A DNA stretch of 64,000 bases from Methanotrichaceae archaeon (GTDB lineage: Archaea; Halobacteriota; Methanosarcinia; Methanotrichales; Methanotrichaceae), in assembly GCA_963748825.1 (NCBI GenBank), contig CAVVKN010000025.1:1-64000 (forward strand). The letters are read 5' to 3'. The notes under the pieces are model-generated. The model was given only the letters and a program-made list of their open reading frames with translations, searched no databases and had not been told where the DNA came from. Shown in pieces: positions 1 to 10,106 of this stretch; the stretch's first letter is position 1; each line of letters starts with the position of its first letter. A program made the position numbers and the translations under genes.

Positions 1-82
1 GCAGAAATACAGAGAGAAAATCGAGCGCATAGAAAGCGACCTCTCGTAAGCTACAATAGGCCGCCCGTCCTTAGGGCATATC

Positions 83-382
83 ATGCTCTGCCTGCGCTGC
101 GGACGATGCTGCCTTCATCTGAATATTTTTATCGTCAATCCGTCTTCTATTCTGGCAGACGGCAGCATCGATCCGGATGATCGAGAGGCCATGATCTTTA
201 AGCCTGCCGGGAAAAGGTGCCCTCATCTTGCTTTCCAGGCCGCCCACGATGGCGATTATGCCGTTTGCACCATTCACCACCTGCCCTGCTACCGGGGAAC
301 TCCTTGCGATCAGTTCGAGCAGGTGGGGCCCGAGGATGCCGTATGCATAATGAGCGGATATTTCAAGTCTATGGGCAAATGA
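83..382 (+). CDS. YkgJ-family cysteine-cluster (Zn/Fe-chelating) protein
   Basis: N-terminal CxxCGxCC, then CPHL, CTIH and PC motifs. Confidence 0.75.
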   Translation: MLCLRCGRCCLHLNIFIVNPSSILADGSIDPDDREAMIFKPAGKRCPHLAFQAAHDGDYAVCTIHHLPCYRGTPCDQFEQVGPEDAVCIMSGYFKSMGK

Positions 383-453
383 AGCGCAAAGTGCCGCTTC
401 TTATCCCGGATAATTGAAGAAGATAGCTATTAAAAAAAAGAGGAATAAATGCC

Positions 454-2491
454 CTAGGATCTTTCTCCTAGGGCTTGGGAGAGGCCGGCAACCTCTCCTG
501 CCCCGGCGGGCACGGTGAGGTTTGCTCCCAGGAAGTCCTGGCCGATGGGCTGGAAGCTGCCGCCCAGGTGCTCGGCCAAAAATGCCTCGGCTATGGCGTA
601 GAAGGAGAGCCTGTTCTCGGGACGGGCAAATCCATGACCCTCGTCGCCGTAGAGCACATAGGTCACAGGAAGTCCCTTGGCCTGCATGGCTTTGACGATC
701 TGGTCGGACTCATTCTGCTTGACGCGAGGATCATTGGCCCCCTGGCCGATGAGCAGGGGCCGCTCAATTAGCTCCACAGAATTAAGGGGTGAGCGTTCCT
801 GCAGCAGCTTTCTGCCCGTCTCTGTCCGGAAGTCGCCCACCCTCTTGGTGAACTGCTCTATCTCCGGCTTCCAGTAAGGTGGAATTGTCTCCAGGAGCGT
901 TATCAGGTTGGAGGGGCCCACGATGTCCACCGCGCAGGCAAAGATCCTGGGGGTGAAGGTTAAGCCGGCCAGTGCGGCATAGCCGCCGTAGCTTCCACCC
1001 ATGATGGCAATCTTCTCCGGATCGGCGATTTTTTGCTGCACAGACCAGTTGACGGCATCGATGAGGTCGTCATGCATCTTCTTTCCCCACTCCAGATTTC
1101 CCGCATTTATGAAACTCTTGCCGAGACCCGTAGAGCCACGGAAGTTGACGCTCAAGACGGCGTAGCCCCGATTGGCCAGCCACTGGTGAATGGGATCAAG
1201 GCCCCAGTAGTCGCGGGCCCAGGGGCCGCCGTGCACATACAAAACCGTTGGAAGAGGCTTTTCCGGAAGCCCGTCTCCATTCTCATCGCTTTGCAGTGGC
1301 AACGTGTAGTAGCAGACCAGGTCCAGGCCATCGCGCGATTTTATGACGGCGGGGATCATCTTTGCTAATGGCAGTCCCAGCCAGCTTCTCTCTGTCTGTA
1401 AAGAGGAAAGAGGCTTTCTTGGCCTCATGGTCATAATGGTAGTAGCGCGCCGGCCCATTATCCCTGGTGAAAACGACGATCCATACCTTATCGTCCAGGC
1501 TGCGGCTTACAACTGTCATGTCCCCTTCATCCACACTGCGCAGCAGATCGATATCCTGCGAAATAGATGGATCAAGGATCTTCCACTGTATCCGGTCGTA
1601 GTAAAATGCCACCGCCTGCACATTCTTCTCAGTGGGATGGATCATCATGCCCGTGAGGTCTGATTTGGGGTCTTCAGCCAAAAAAGAGCTCTCTTTTGTA
1701 TGCAGATTGAGGGCATAAAGAGCAGCCGTATTTCTGCCCCTGCTGTCGATAAGGTAAATGAGATCATTGCTCTTATTAAATCCGGAAAAACCGGTGGTGA
1801 GGGCATCTTCCATCTCGATCTTCAGGAAGGGCTCCCAGCTTTTGTTTTCGGCGGGTCTGAAAATCTCGGTTCCTCCGTCCGCAGTCATATTGCTCGCCAG
1901 CCTGACCTCAAAGTCGTCATCGATCTCAAAGCCGGAGAACTCTCTATTCTCCAGGATCAGTGTCATGTTGCCGGTCTCGATATTGAGCCGGAAGAGGTCG
2001 TGATACTCGGGATCGCGCTTATTGAGCCCGATGATTGCTTCATGAGGGTGCTTGATGCTAAGAGCCCGGATCTCGGAGCGCACGCCCTCAAAAGGCGTGA
2101 GGTCCCGGGTCTCACCACTGCTGAGATTGACGCTGTAAATACGCCAGTTCTCGTCACCACTGCGATCCTGCAGGTAGAGGATATGCTGGTTGGTGTAAGC
2201 CCAGGTGTAGCTTCTAATGCCACGATAGGTGTCATTGGTTACAGGCTTAGCCGTCTCTGGCGAATCCGCAGGTCCCACCCAAACATTGAGAACTCCGTCT
2301 TTCGGGGCAAGGAAGCTGAGCTTTGAGCCGTCTGGGCTGATTCTGGTAGTAATGCGGTCCGGATTGCCAAAGAGCAAATCCCTGGAAATAAGTGAGCTGT
2401 TATTCCTATTCTCCTCTCCGGTCTTCATATTCGCGCCGCCCAAAGACGTCAGCAGAATAGCAAAAATGACAAAAATAAGGGATTTTTTCAT
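454..2491 (-). pseudogene. S9-family dipeptidyl/acylaminoacyl peptidase with signal peptide, split by a +1 frameshift near 1377 (possible assembly error)
   Basis: Propeller part in ORF 1283-2491; catalytic part (VHGGPW, GGSYGG, NDPRV, DEGHGF) in ORF 454-1458. Removing one base from the CCC run at 1376-1378 joins REKLAG to LPLAKMIP. Confidence 0.85.
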
Positions 2492-2597
2492 CGTATAACC
2501 TCCAATTGCAGCACCTAAAGTCAGTCTTTCAGCTATAAATAAATGTCGAAAATTAAGGCTAAAGTGAAGATGGAGCTGCCTTTTTGCAAGGCACTGG

Positions 2598-3074
2598 TTA
2601 CATAGTCTCGGAGGCTATGAGAAATCCTATGGCTCTTTCTGCCAGGGGATATCTATGTACCAGTGCCTTGAACCTCTTGCCGTGGTTGGGCTCAAGCAGA
2701 TGGGCAAGCTCGTGCACAATCACATAATCCTCGACCCACTGAGGAAGTTTGGCCAGCTTGCTGCTGATGCGAATGGTCCGGGCAGTACAGTTACAGGACC
2801 CACGCCTGCGCTCCTGGTTTGTGGAGTACTGGATGCTGTTCCAGGTAAGGTTTCCTTGAAAGTATCTGCTGTTTAGATGGCAGGCTCTTTCATGCAGATG
2901 GGCGTCATCTTTTGGATAGACCCTCTTCTCCAGTCGAGAGCGCAGTTTTTCTATGTGACCCTGCAAAACGGCGTCTGAGATAGAGGCAGGTGCTAAAACC
3001 TCCATATTTCCTCCCACCATCCTGGCCTGGATGGTCTTTCTGCGTCGCGCAGATCTCTTAATCAGAACCTCCAT
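2598..3074 (-). CDS. M48/YgjP (DUF45)-like metallopeptidase
   Basis: YVIVHELAHL...NHGKRF motif; RSARRRKTI N-terminus. Confidence 0.85.
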   Translation of the reverse strand: MEVLIKRSARRRKTIQARMVGGNMEVLAPASISDAVLQGHIEKLRSRLEKRVYPKDDAHLHERACHLNSRYFQGNLTWNSIQYSTNQERRRGSCNCTARTIRISSKLAKLPQWVEDYVIVHELAHLLEPNHGKRFKALVHRYPLAERAIGFLIASETM

Positions 3075-3287
3075 AGCTAAAATCCCCCTGGTACATCAAT
3101 GGTTCATCGGCGAGATATTAATAACTTTCTTTTTGAAGTTTGTTATGGATTGCCAGTCATTATAATTGCCTCATTTTGGATTCATGTTTTTCATCCTGAT
3201 CCGCTTTTTCTCCTATTTTCTCCAATATCTTTAATTATGATAGTATATAAAAAATAACAAAGTTTATATTGGTATTCGGCTTATGGA

Positions 3288-5279
3288 TTGATTGGGGGTC
3301 TACAAACCGTGGCTATGGAAGAAATCGATGCAATACGGAGCATGATAAAAGAAAAACGCCTCTCCTGGCTGGCCGGAGAGACATCTCTTAGCCGACTGTC
3401 AACGCCGGAAAAATTGAAGCATCTTGGTCTGGTTGTTCCTGAAGATGAGAAAAAAAAGATTCAGGAACTCATGGCAAGAGAGAAGGCGCAAACACTTGAG
3501 CAGGCGCCAGTCTTCATCTATCCCGGTGAGTGGGATTGGAGGCAAGTCTCAGGCAAGAACTGGACCACTCCCATAAGAAACCAACAGCAGTGCGGCTCGT
3601 GCGTTGCCTTTGCCACCGTTGCCCTCATTGAGTCCAATTTAGAGATCTTCAGGAGAAATCCTGATCTCAACCCAGATCTTTCTGAGGCCGATCTGTTCTT
3701 CCAGGGTTGCGGCAACTGCTGTGATCGGGGCTGGTACTTTACATCCGCCTTGAGATATGCCCAGCAAAGCGGCATTCCCGATGAAGGCTGTTTTCCATAC
3801 GACAGCAATCAATCAAGAAGCTGCCCGGATAGAGCGAACCGAATAATCAAAATTAGTAGCTGGAAGACTATACTCAGCGCATCCCAGGCAAAAGAATGGC
3901 TTGTAACGCGCGGTCCTCTTATGACCGGCATGAATGTCTACGAGGATTTCTATTACTATTATGGTGGAGTATATAGAGAAGCCTATGGCGGCTATGTAGG
4001 CGATCATGCCGTCTGCATCGTAGGCTACAATGATGCCCAAGGGTACTGGATATGCAAGAATAGCTGGAGTACAGGATGGGGTGATAATGGGTGGTTTAAG
4101 ATCGGCTACGGCGAATGTGGGATGGGCAGCAGATTCGCTTTTTATGCAGTGCAGTTCACCTCGGATGACGACCTGATCATGCCCAAACAGGGCCGGGTCA
4201 TAGTTCGCTTCAAGGGGATGAACACCACACTGGTAGATGAGATCTGGCAGTATTCTCCCGAGAACAGACTGATCTTCAGGGCCTCCAGCTCGGAGATAGG
4301 CAAGCTCTACGATCTGGGAGTTTATCCCTCCGGCACCCGTCTCATTTTTGCTCTAAAAACCTCAGACGGGCATGTCTATTACACCGATCAATTCCTGAAT
4401 AGTGATGCCTGCGACCATGTCAACACGGTTAAGGCCGGGACCTATAAGTGGGTGCTCTCTTGGGAGGATCTCTATGGTTTAGGGGAGAGGGATTATGACG
4501 ACGTGGTAATGGAGATTGAGATCTTCAATCCTGTTACCGAGGATATTGTGATGCCTAAGGACGGCAGGGTATTTATTACACCTAAGAGCAGGCTTGCCGC
4601 CACTCTGGACGAATTCCGTCAGATCTCCCCCGAAGACAGGTTGATCCTTAGCGATGAAACCCCTCTGGGAACGGCTATTGACCTGGGAGCCTACCCTGCC
4701 GGCGCAAAGCTCTCTTTTGCACTCAAGACCGATGACGGATATACCTATTACACAGATCAGGTGAAGAATCCGGACTTCTTAAGCCACGTGCGCAAGCTTC
4801 CCATTGGCTATAATAAATGGGAGCTGCGCTGGGAGGCATCTCTTGGCCTTACGAAGAAGAGCTACAAGGATCTCGTGGTGGCAATCGAGGTTTTGCCCAT
4901 CATCAGAGAAGATGTTGTCTTAGCAGGCAACAGCCATGTCGTGGCCAGGCTGGTCAGCAAGAATACGCCTTATCACAACCGTTTTTGGCTCTATCAGCCA
5001 GAAAGCAAGCCGCTCTTTGATTCCATTCAGGAGAATGTGAAAAAAAGCTTTGTTGTGGGAGACTTTCCTGCTAACACGAGGCTGGTCTTCGCTCTGCAGG
5101 CCCAGGATGGAAATATGTATTACACGGACAGTAGCCTCAATGCGGATGGAAAAGCACATGTCATAAAACTGCCATTAGGCTCCAGCAAATGCCAGCTTCG
5201 CTGGGAGGATCGCTATGCTCTCAAGGATCGTGATTACAATGACCTGGTTGTGGAGATAATCATAAATCGAACAAATTAA
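3288..5279 (+). CDS. Papain-family (C1) cysteine protease with three C-terminal DUF4114-like repeats; start may be ATG at ~3315
   Basis: QQQCGSCVAF, HAVCIVGY, KNSW catalytic motifs; three ~120 aa repeats ending WED...DYxDxV. Confidence 0.85.
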   Translation: MIGGLQTVAMEEIDAIRSMIKEKRLSWLAGETSLSRLSTPEKLKHLGLVVPEDEKKKIQELMAREKAQTLEQAPVFIYPGEWDWRQVSGKNWTTPIRNQQQCGSCVAFATVALIESNLEIFRRNPDLNPDLSEADLFFQGCGNCCDRGWYFTSALRYAQQSGIPDEGCFPYDSNQSRSCPDRANRIIKISSWKTILSASQAKEWLVTRGPLMTGMNVYEDFYYYYGGVYREAYGGYVGDHAVCIVGYNDAQGYWICKNSWSTGWGDNGWFKIGYGECGMGSRFAFYAVQFTSDDDLIMPKQGRVIVRFKGMNTTLVDEIWQYSPENRLIFRASSSEIGKLYDLGVYPSGTRLIFALKTSDGHVYYTDQFLNSDACDHVNTVKAGTYKWVLSWEDLYGLGERDYDDVVMEIEIFNPVTEDIVMPKDGRVFITPKSRLAATLDEFRQISPEDRLILSDETPLGTAIDLGAYPAGAKLSFALKTDDGYTYYTDQVKNPDFLSHVRKLPIGYNKWELRWEASLGLTKKSYKDLVVAIEVLPIIREDVVLAGNSHVVARLVSKNTPYHNRFWLYQPESKPLFDSIQENVKKSFVVGDFPANTRLVFALQAQDGNMYYTDSSLNADGKAHVIKLPLGSSKCQLRWEDRYALKDRDYNDLVVEIIINRTN

Positions 5280-5343
5280 ATAATTTATACTGAATGATAT
5301 CAATCACGGAGGCCCGATATAAGCTCAATGAATGATTTTTCTC

Positions 5344-5835
5344 TCACGAGCAGGGCAGCCAGTCCACGCTTATCTCACCGGGGCGGCTGCCGGACCAGAG
5401 CTGTATGAACTTTTCAATGGAGAATACTCCCGTCAGATCCTCCACGCTGCGGCCTATGAGTTGATGACGCCCCTTGCTGGAGACGCTCGGATCGAAAGAT
5501 TGCCAGGCGATGTGGGCCTTGCCTATGACATTAGAATTGATGCTTGCCTCAAGGCCTCCGGCCCCACCAGCCGGGCTGCCAGCATCTGCCCCGTTGGCAT
5601 CAGACGCAGATGAATCGGTCCCATAAGCTCTGGTATTAACCTCTGTATTTCTCTCCAGGTGCTCGATGTCAGTGTAAGATTCCGTCAATGATGCGCCGGT
5701 ATCATAATTCTTGACGGTGAGGATATCTTTTTGACCGGCGTTATTCATGGCCCCGGCAAAACTCAGGGGCATCTCACCCTGCGCGCCGCAGATCAGAATC
5801 ATTGCCGTGATCATCAGACCGATCAGTTTGCACAC
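5344..5835 (-). CDS. Hypothetical secreted protein
   Basis: 163 aa ORF with hydrophobic signal-like N-terminus; GGTG RBS-like motif upstream. Confidence 0.65.
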   Translation of the reverse strand: MCKLIGLMITAMILICGAQGEMPLSFAGAMNNAGQKDILTVKNYDTGASLTESYTDIEHLERNTEVNTRAYGTDSSASDANGADAGSPAGGAGGLEASINSNVIGKAHIAWQSFDPSVSSKGRHQLIGRSVEDLTGVFSIEKFIQLWSGSRPGEISVDWLPCS

Positions 5836-5978
5836 TTACCCATCACCTTAGATCGATGATTGTCGAACATTTATTTTAAGCTATTGCCCGATTTCATGAA
5901 ATCGACGAAGGAGGGGGCTACATAGGAATCGAGATAGCCCAAATATTAGCCAAAAAAATAATAATAGATTTTGCCAGC

Positions 5979-6671
5979 TCACAGCATATCTTGCGTACTC
6001 ATGCTAGGACTGGACTGAGGTGTCTGATCCATGTCTTGCAGGGTAGACTCTCTGTTCTGCCTGGCAACTTCATAAGAGGAGTCAATGGTGAGGGCCTTAT
6101 TGAAACAGGTCAAAGCATCCTGATATCTTCCCATCTGCTTCAGGACGACTCCTTTATTATTCCAGCCGGTGGGATCTTGGGGCTTTATTAGTGTGGCATT
6201 TTCAAAGCATTCCAGGGAGCCGTAAAGGTTGCCTTCATTGGCCAGAGCCATGCCCTTTCCTATCCAGGCATCAAAATAAGAGGGATTTGTCTGCAGGATC
6301 TGGTCGAAGATGGCAATAGCCTCACGGTTTCTATTTAATCCCCGGGAGAGTGCAATTGCTTTGAGGTTTGAAGATTCGGGATTGGAGGTGTTGATATCAA
6401 GCGATTTATCAAAACAAGAGATGGCATCATCAAAGCGGCCCATCATGCCCAATACTCTTCCCTTGTTATTCCACAGCTCGGTGCTATTTGCCTCCAGATC
6501 CAGGGCCTTATCATAGCTTGCAGCCGCTTTTTCAAAGTCACCCGAGATGAAGTACCCATTTGCCTGATCGGACCAGAACTGCGCCGATTCTCCCATTGCC
6601 GGCAGAACGAATATCGCTGTCAGCAAAGTGATAATGGTAATTGCAAGTTTCATAGAGAGCCTCTCTTGCAC
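5979..6671 (-). CDS. TPR-repeat protein with signal peptide
   Basis: Repeated WNNKG..L...GR...A..CF.KAL TPR pattern. Confidence 0.85.
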   Translation of the reverse strand: MQERLSMKLAITIITLLTAIFVLPAMGESAQFWSDQANGYFISGDFEKAAASYDKALDLEANSTELWNNKGRVLGMMGRFDDAISCFDKSLDINTSNPESSNLKAIALSRGLNRNREAIAIFDQILQTNPSYFDAWIGKGMALANEGNLYGSLECFENATLIKPQDPTGWNNKGVVLKQMGRYQDALTCFNKALTIDSSYEVARQNRESTLQDMDQTPQSSPSMSTQDML

Positions 6672-6736
6672 GAAGGGGTAAATATCTCTACCCCTTGGCT
6701 TTGCGACCTTATATGAAAAAAAGCGCTTGACCTGAT

Positions 6737-7288
6737 CTAGCCTTCATCTTTTTTTATTTGGTCCATAAACTTGTTCCACCTCTTTGCCTCGTTAACCTTT
6801 CGCCGGATCAAGTCCTCCGCGGCATCCTCTGTCTCAATGCCATGTTCTCTCCTCTTCAGGAGATCCTTGAGGTCCAGAAGTGCTCTAATTATACTTGCAG
6901 CTTCGTCGTGAAGCTCTATTGCCTGTTTTTGGGTCAGCTTTGCCGCCTTGAGATCTTCTTCATCGATCCTCTCTTTTTTCTCCAATATCTCGATCAACTC
7001 GGTAATTTGCAGCCGCTCTTTCTCTGTGATCTCCTTTTCGTTGATCAATCTCCAGATAAGACTGTGCAGCTCTACTCGGCCCTGCCCTACATGAATCTCG
7101 GGAGGCAGATCCTTTTCAGTCTGATGGAACTTTTCCATCTCGCTCTTTAGATCATTGCCATCGATCTGCATCAGCTCCGGCTCTTTCACTCCTACCCATA
7201 CCAAAACATGATGAAGACTGGCCAGCAGCTTTTTCCGCTCCGCTTCTGTCAGATAGTCGTTGATGTCTTTTTTTTCAATTTCAGCCAT
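6737..7288 (-). CDS. Conserved archaeal coiled-coil protein (DUF5788-like)
   Basis: ERKKLLASLH...WVG and IRALLDL...KRW pattern. Confidence 0.65.
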   Translation of the reverse strand: MAEIEKKDINDYLTEAERKKLLASLHHVLVWVGVKEPELMQIDGNDLKSEMEKFHQTEKDLPPEIHVGQGRVELHSLIWRLINEKEITEKERLQITELIEILEKKERIDEEDLKAAKLTQKQAIELHDEAASIIRALLDLKDLLKRREHGIETEDAAEDLIRRKVNEAKRWNKFMDQIKKDEG

Positions 7289-7508
7289 GAATCCTCCTCA
7301 GATTGTTTCTTACATTTGAGAATAACAGATATTATCGCGGCCATATACACATATTTTTGGCACTGAAATCGTGAGGCCTGCCAGAGCGCTCGACAATACC
7401 GTCCAACCGGAACGCAGCTGCCAATCGGACCCCAGTCCCCCCTGATGTGTGTCCACACACGCGACCGGTCTCTGCTCAATTGGATTCCTGTTAGTAGCCA
7501 TCCGCACC

Positions 7509-7604
7509 GCCAAGCTCAAGCTGCTTATGGAGATGCCCGACGCCGGCCCGATCACTCAGGAAGAGTACAATAAGACCAAGGCCGCGATCCTGGCGAGGAT
7601 GTAA
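7509..7604 (+). pseudogene. Orphan SHOCT-domain C-terminal remnant
   Basis: Translates AKLKLLMEMPDAGPITQEEYNKTKAAILARM-stop with no convincing upstream gene body. Confidence 0.55.
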
Positions 7605-7699
7605 AGTAACTCTGCCCTGCCAAGACCCAACCACAAGAGCTGGATCTGATAGCCGTATTCCTCTATTAATATCTGATGTCCTCGATCAATATAAAATTA

Positions 7700-8068
7700 G
7701 CTATTCTAGATGCGTATGAGAATAAGGAAGAGATGCCTCAGATTTCGGTGACGAACAACGAATCAAGGAGCAAATCGCGAACCTTCCGGTTAGTAATCAG
7801 TAAATACGGCATTTATTGAACGCAATAACCTGATCATGAGGGAGCGGAATTAGGAGATTGACCAGAAAGACCATGGGTTTCTCGAAGGAGAAGATTCCAT
7901 TAGTGGAATCATCAAATTTAAATTTAGCAATATATAATTTTTAAAACATAATAACTGCAGGAAGTCGGAATTGGACGTCAAGGAGGACAATCTAATATGG
8001 CTGCAAAAGACGCCTATGATGGTTTCAGGTATCACAGATCACATGTGGACTGAGGTGGAGTTGTAGAT
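7700..8068 (+). mobile_element. Decayed IS1-family transposase C-terminal fragment
   Basis: VNTAFIERNNLIMRER / IRRLTRKTMGFSK (frameshift ~7848) and QKTPMMVSGITDHMWTEVEL match IS1 InsB C-terminal motifs. Confidence 0.75.
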
Positions 8069-8494
8069 ATTCAGATTATTTGATTGAAATAATTTAATTA
8101 ATACTTAATAAGTTTAATCCAAGAAATAACTTTCCTCGGAACCTCTGAAATAAGAGTTCAATCACCAATGTTGACTGACATATATAAGTTTATATATTTT
8201 TATTGTTTTAGAGTTGATTCCAGAGGATTGATCTTAACGTTTCCATCGACAATACCTTCAATTCATCAAGATAGTAATGGCGTTACTCTTATAATCTATG
8301 CTGCCTTTTTTTAGCAGATTGAAATGCTGAGAAAGAATAATCATGGCGAAGTAGATCATTTCCTATCTTTTTCACTTAGAATTCTTTAACAATCGTTATC
8401 AGAGGGACGCATTCAAAGCTTCGGATAAACTTAAGTAGCATTATGCCAGGATTGGTACCGGATCAACCTTACATTACAGTGAAATTTATGGGGC

Positions 8495-10105
8495 ATGATA
8501 GATTTGGCACCTTTTATCGAGATACGGGATCTGACAGTTCGATTCGGTGATGTTGTAGCACTTCGCAATATAAATCTGGTTATCGAGGAGGGCGAATCAG
8601 TAGGAATCTTAGGCAGAAGCGGCTGCGGCAAGAGCGTCCTGATGCATGTCTTGCGCGGGGTGGAGTCATTTCCCGGCATAAGCGGAAGCCTGATCTTCCA
8701 CGTGGCCAGATGTGAGAAATGCCGCCGCGTAGAGCAGCCTAGCCATGTAGGAGAAAAATGCAAATGTGGCGGAGTTCTAAGGCCAATTGACGCCGATTTT
8801 GTGACACTGGATATAAACGATCCTCTTCGGCGCGATATTGTGAACAGAATCGCCATCATGCTGCAGAGAACCTTTGCCCTTTACGGTGATGAGCGTGTGA
8901 TAACAAACGTCATGCGGGCCGTGGAGGAGAAGGGAGACACCATGAGCGTTCACCGCGCAGCGGACCTTTTGGATGAGGTAAACCTGTCCCACAGGCTGAT
9001 GCATGTGGCCAGAGAGCTGTCTGGCGGAGAGAAGCAGCGCGTCGTCCTGGCCCGCCAGCTCGCCAAGTCGCCCATGGTTCTTTTGGCGGATGAGCCAACA
9101 GGAACCCTTGACCCGGCTACGGCCAAAGTTGTGCATGAATCCATCAAGCGTGCCGTCAAGGACTTCAATATGACTTTGATCATCACCAGCCACTGGGAAG
9201 ATGTCATGGTCGAGCTGACCGATAGAGCCATATTGCTGGATGGCGGAGAGATCAAGGCAGAAGGAAAGCCAAAAGATATCGCAGCTATGTTCCTGGCCAT
9301 GGCCGGAACTCTTGGTAAGCGTGAAGAAGTTGAAGTTGGGGCGCCTATAATCAAGGCTAACGGCCTGGCAAAGAGATATATCAGCATCGACCGGGGCGTG
9401 GTGAAGGCCGTGGACAATGTCAGCCTGGACGTAAAAGAGGGCGAGATCTTCGGCCTGGTTGGCGTTTCCGGAGGCGGCAAGACCACTCTCTCCAAGATGG
9501 TAAGCGGCATTATCACGCCTACCGGCGGCAGCATCGCCGTGCGGGTAGGAGACGACTGGGTGGACATGACAGTACTCGGATCTAATGGTCGCGGACGGGC
9601 CACCAAATACATCGGCATTCTCCACCAGGAGTATACCCTTTACCCCTCTCGAAGTGTTATCGAGAACCTGACAGAGGCCATTGGCCTCTCCCTGCCTTTC
9701 GAGCTGGCGGAGAGAAAGGCCATTCACACCCTGGAGACGGTGGGATTCACGGAGGAGCAGGCAGAGACGGTCTTGACCAAGATGCCGGACGAGCTCTCTG
9801 AGGGAGAGAGGCATCGCGTGGCCATGGCACAGGTATTGATAAAAGAGCCGAGAATAGTAATCCTGGATGAGCCCACGGGAACTATGGATGCCATTACCAA
9901 GATTGAGGTTACAAGGTCTATCCTCAACGCCCGTCAGGAGCTGGGAGAGACTTTCGTCATCGTCAGCCACGACATGGACTTCGTTCAAAATATCTGCGAC
10001 CGGGCCTTGCTTATGCGCGATGGGCAGGCGATTTTCACTGGCATTCCTAGCGAAGTCTTAGCTAAGATCACAGAAGAGGAAGAGAAGGAGCTGCTGGGGA
10101 GTTAA
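8495..10105 (+). CDS. atwA: Methyl-coenzyme M reductase system component A2
   Basis: Two ABC ATPase domains (GRSGCGKS, GVSGGGKT), CxxC...CxCGG Zn motif, AIMLQRTFALYG signature; heads marker cluster. Confidence 0.95.
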   Translation: MIDLAPFIEIRDLTVRFGDVVALRNINLVIEEGESVGILGRSGCGKSVLMHVLRGVESFPGISGSLIFHVARCEKCRRVEQPSHVGEKCKCGGVLRPIDADFVTLDINDPLRRDIVNRIAIMLQRTFALYGDERVITNVMRAVEEKGDTMSVHRAADLLDEVNLSHRLMHVARELSGGEKQRVVLARQLAKSPMVLLADEPTGTLDPATAKVVHESIKRAVKDFNMTLIITSHWEDVMVELTDRAILLDGGEIKAEGKPKDIAAMFLAMAGTLGKREEVEVGAPIIKANGLAKRYISIDRGVVKAVDNVSLDVKEGEIFGLVGVSGGGKTTLSKMVSGIITPTGGSIAVRVGDDWVDMTVLGSNGRGRATKYIGILHQEYTLYPSRSVIENLTEAIGLSLPFELAERKAIHTLETVGFTEEQAETVLTKMPDELSEGERHRVAMAQVLIKEPRIVILDEPTGTMDAITKIEVTRSILNARQELGETFVIVSHDMDFVQNICDRALLMRDGQAIFTGIPSEVLAKITEEEEKELLGS

Positions 10106-10106
10106 T

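Noticed and set aside
1370-1385. Programmed ribosomal frameshifting at the split genes
   Set aside because: No slippery heptamer or downstream structure seen; a single-base indel explains each case
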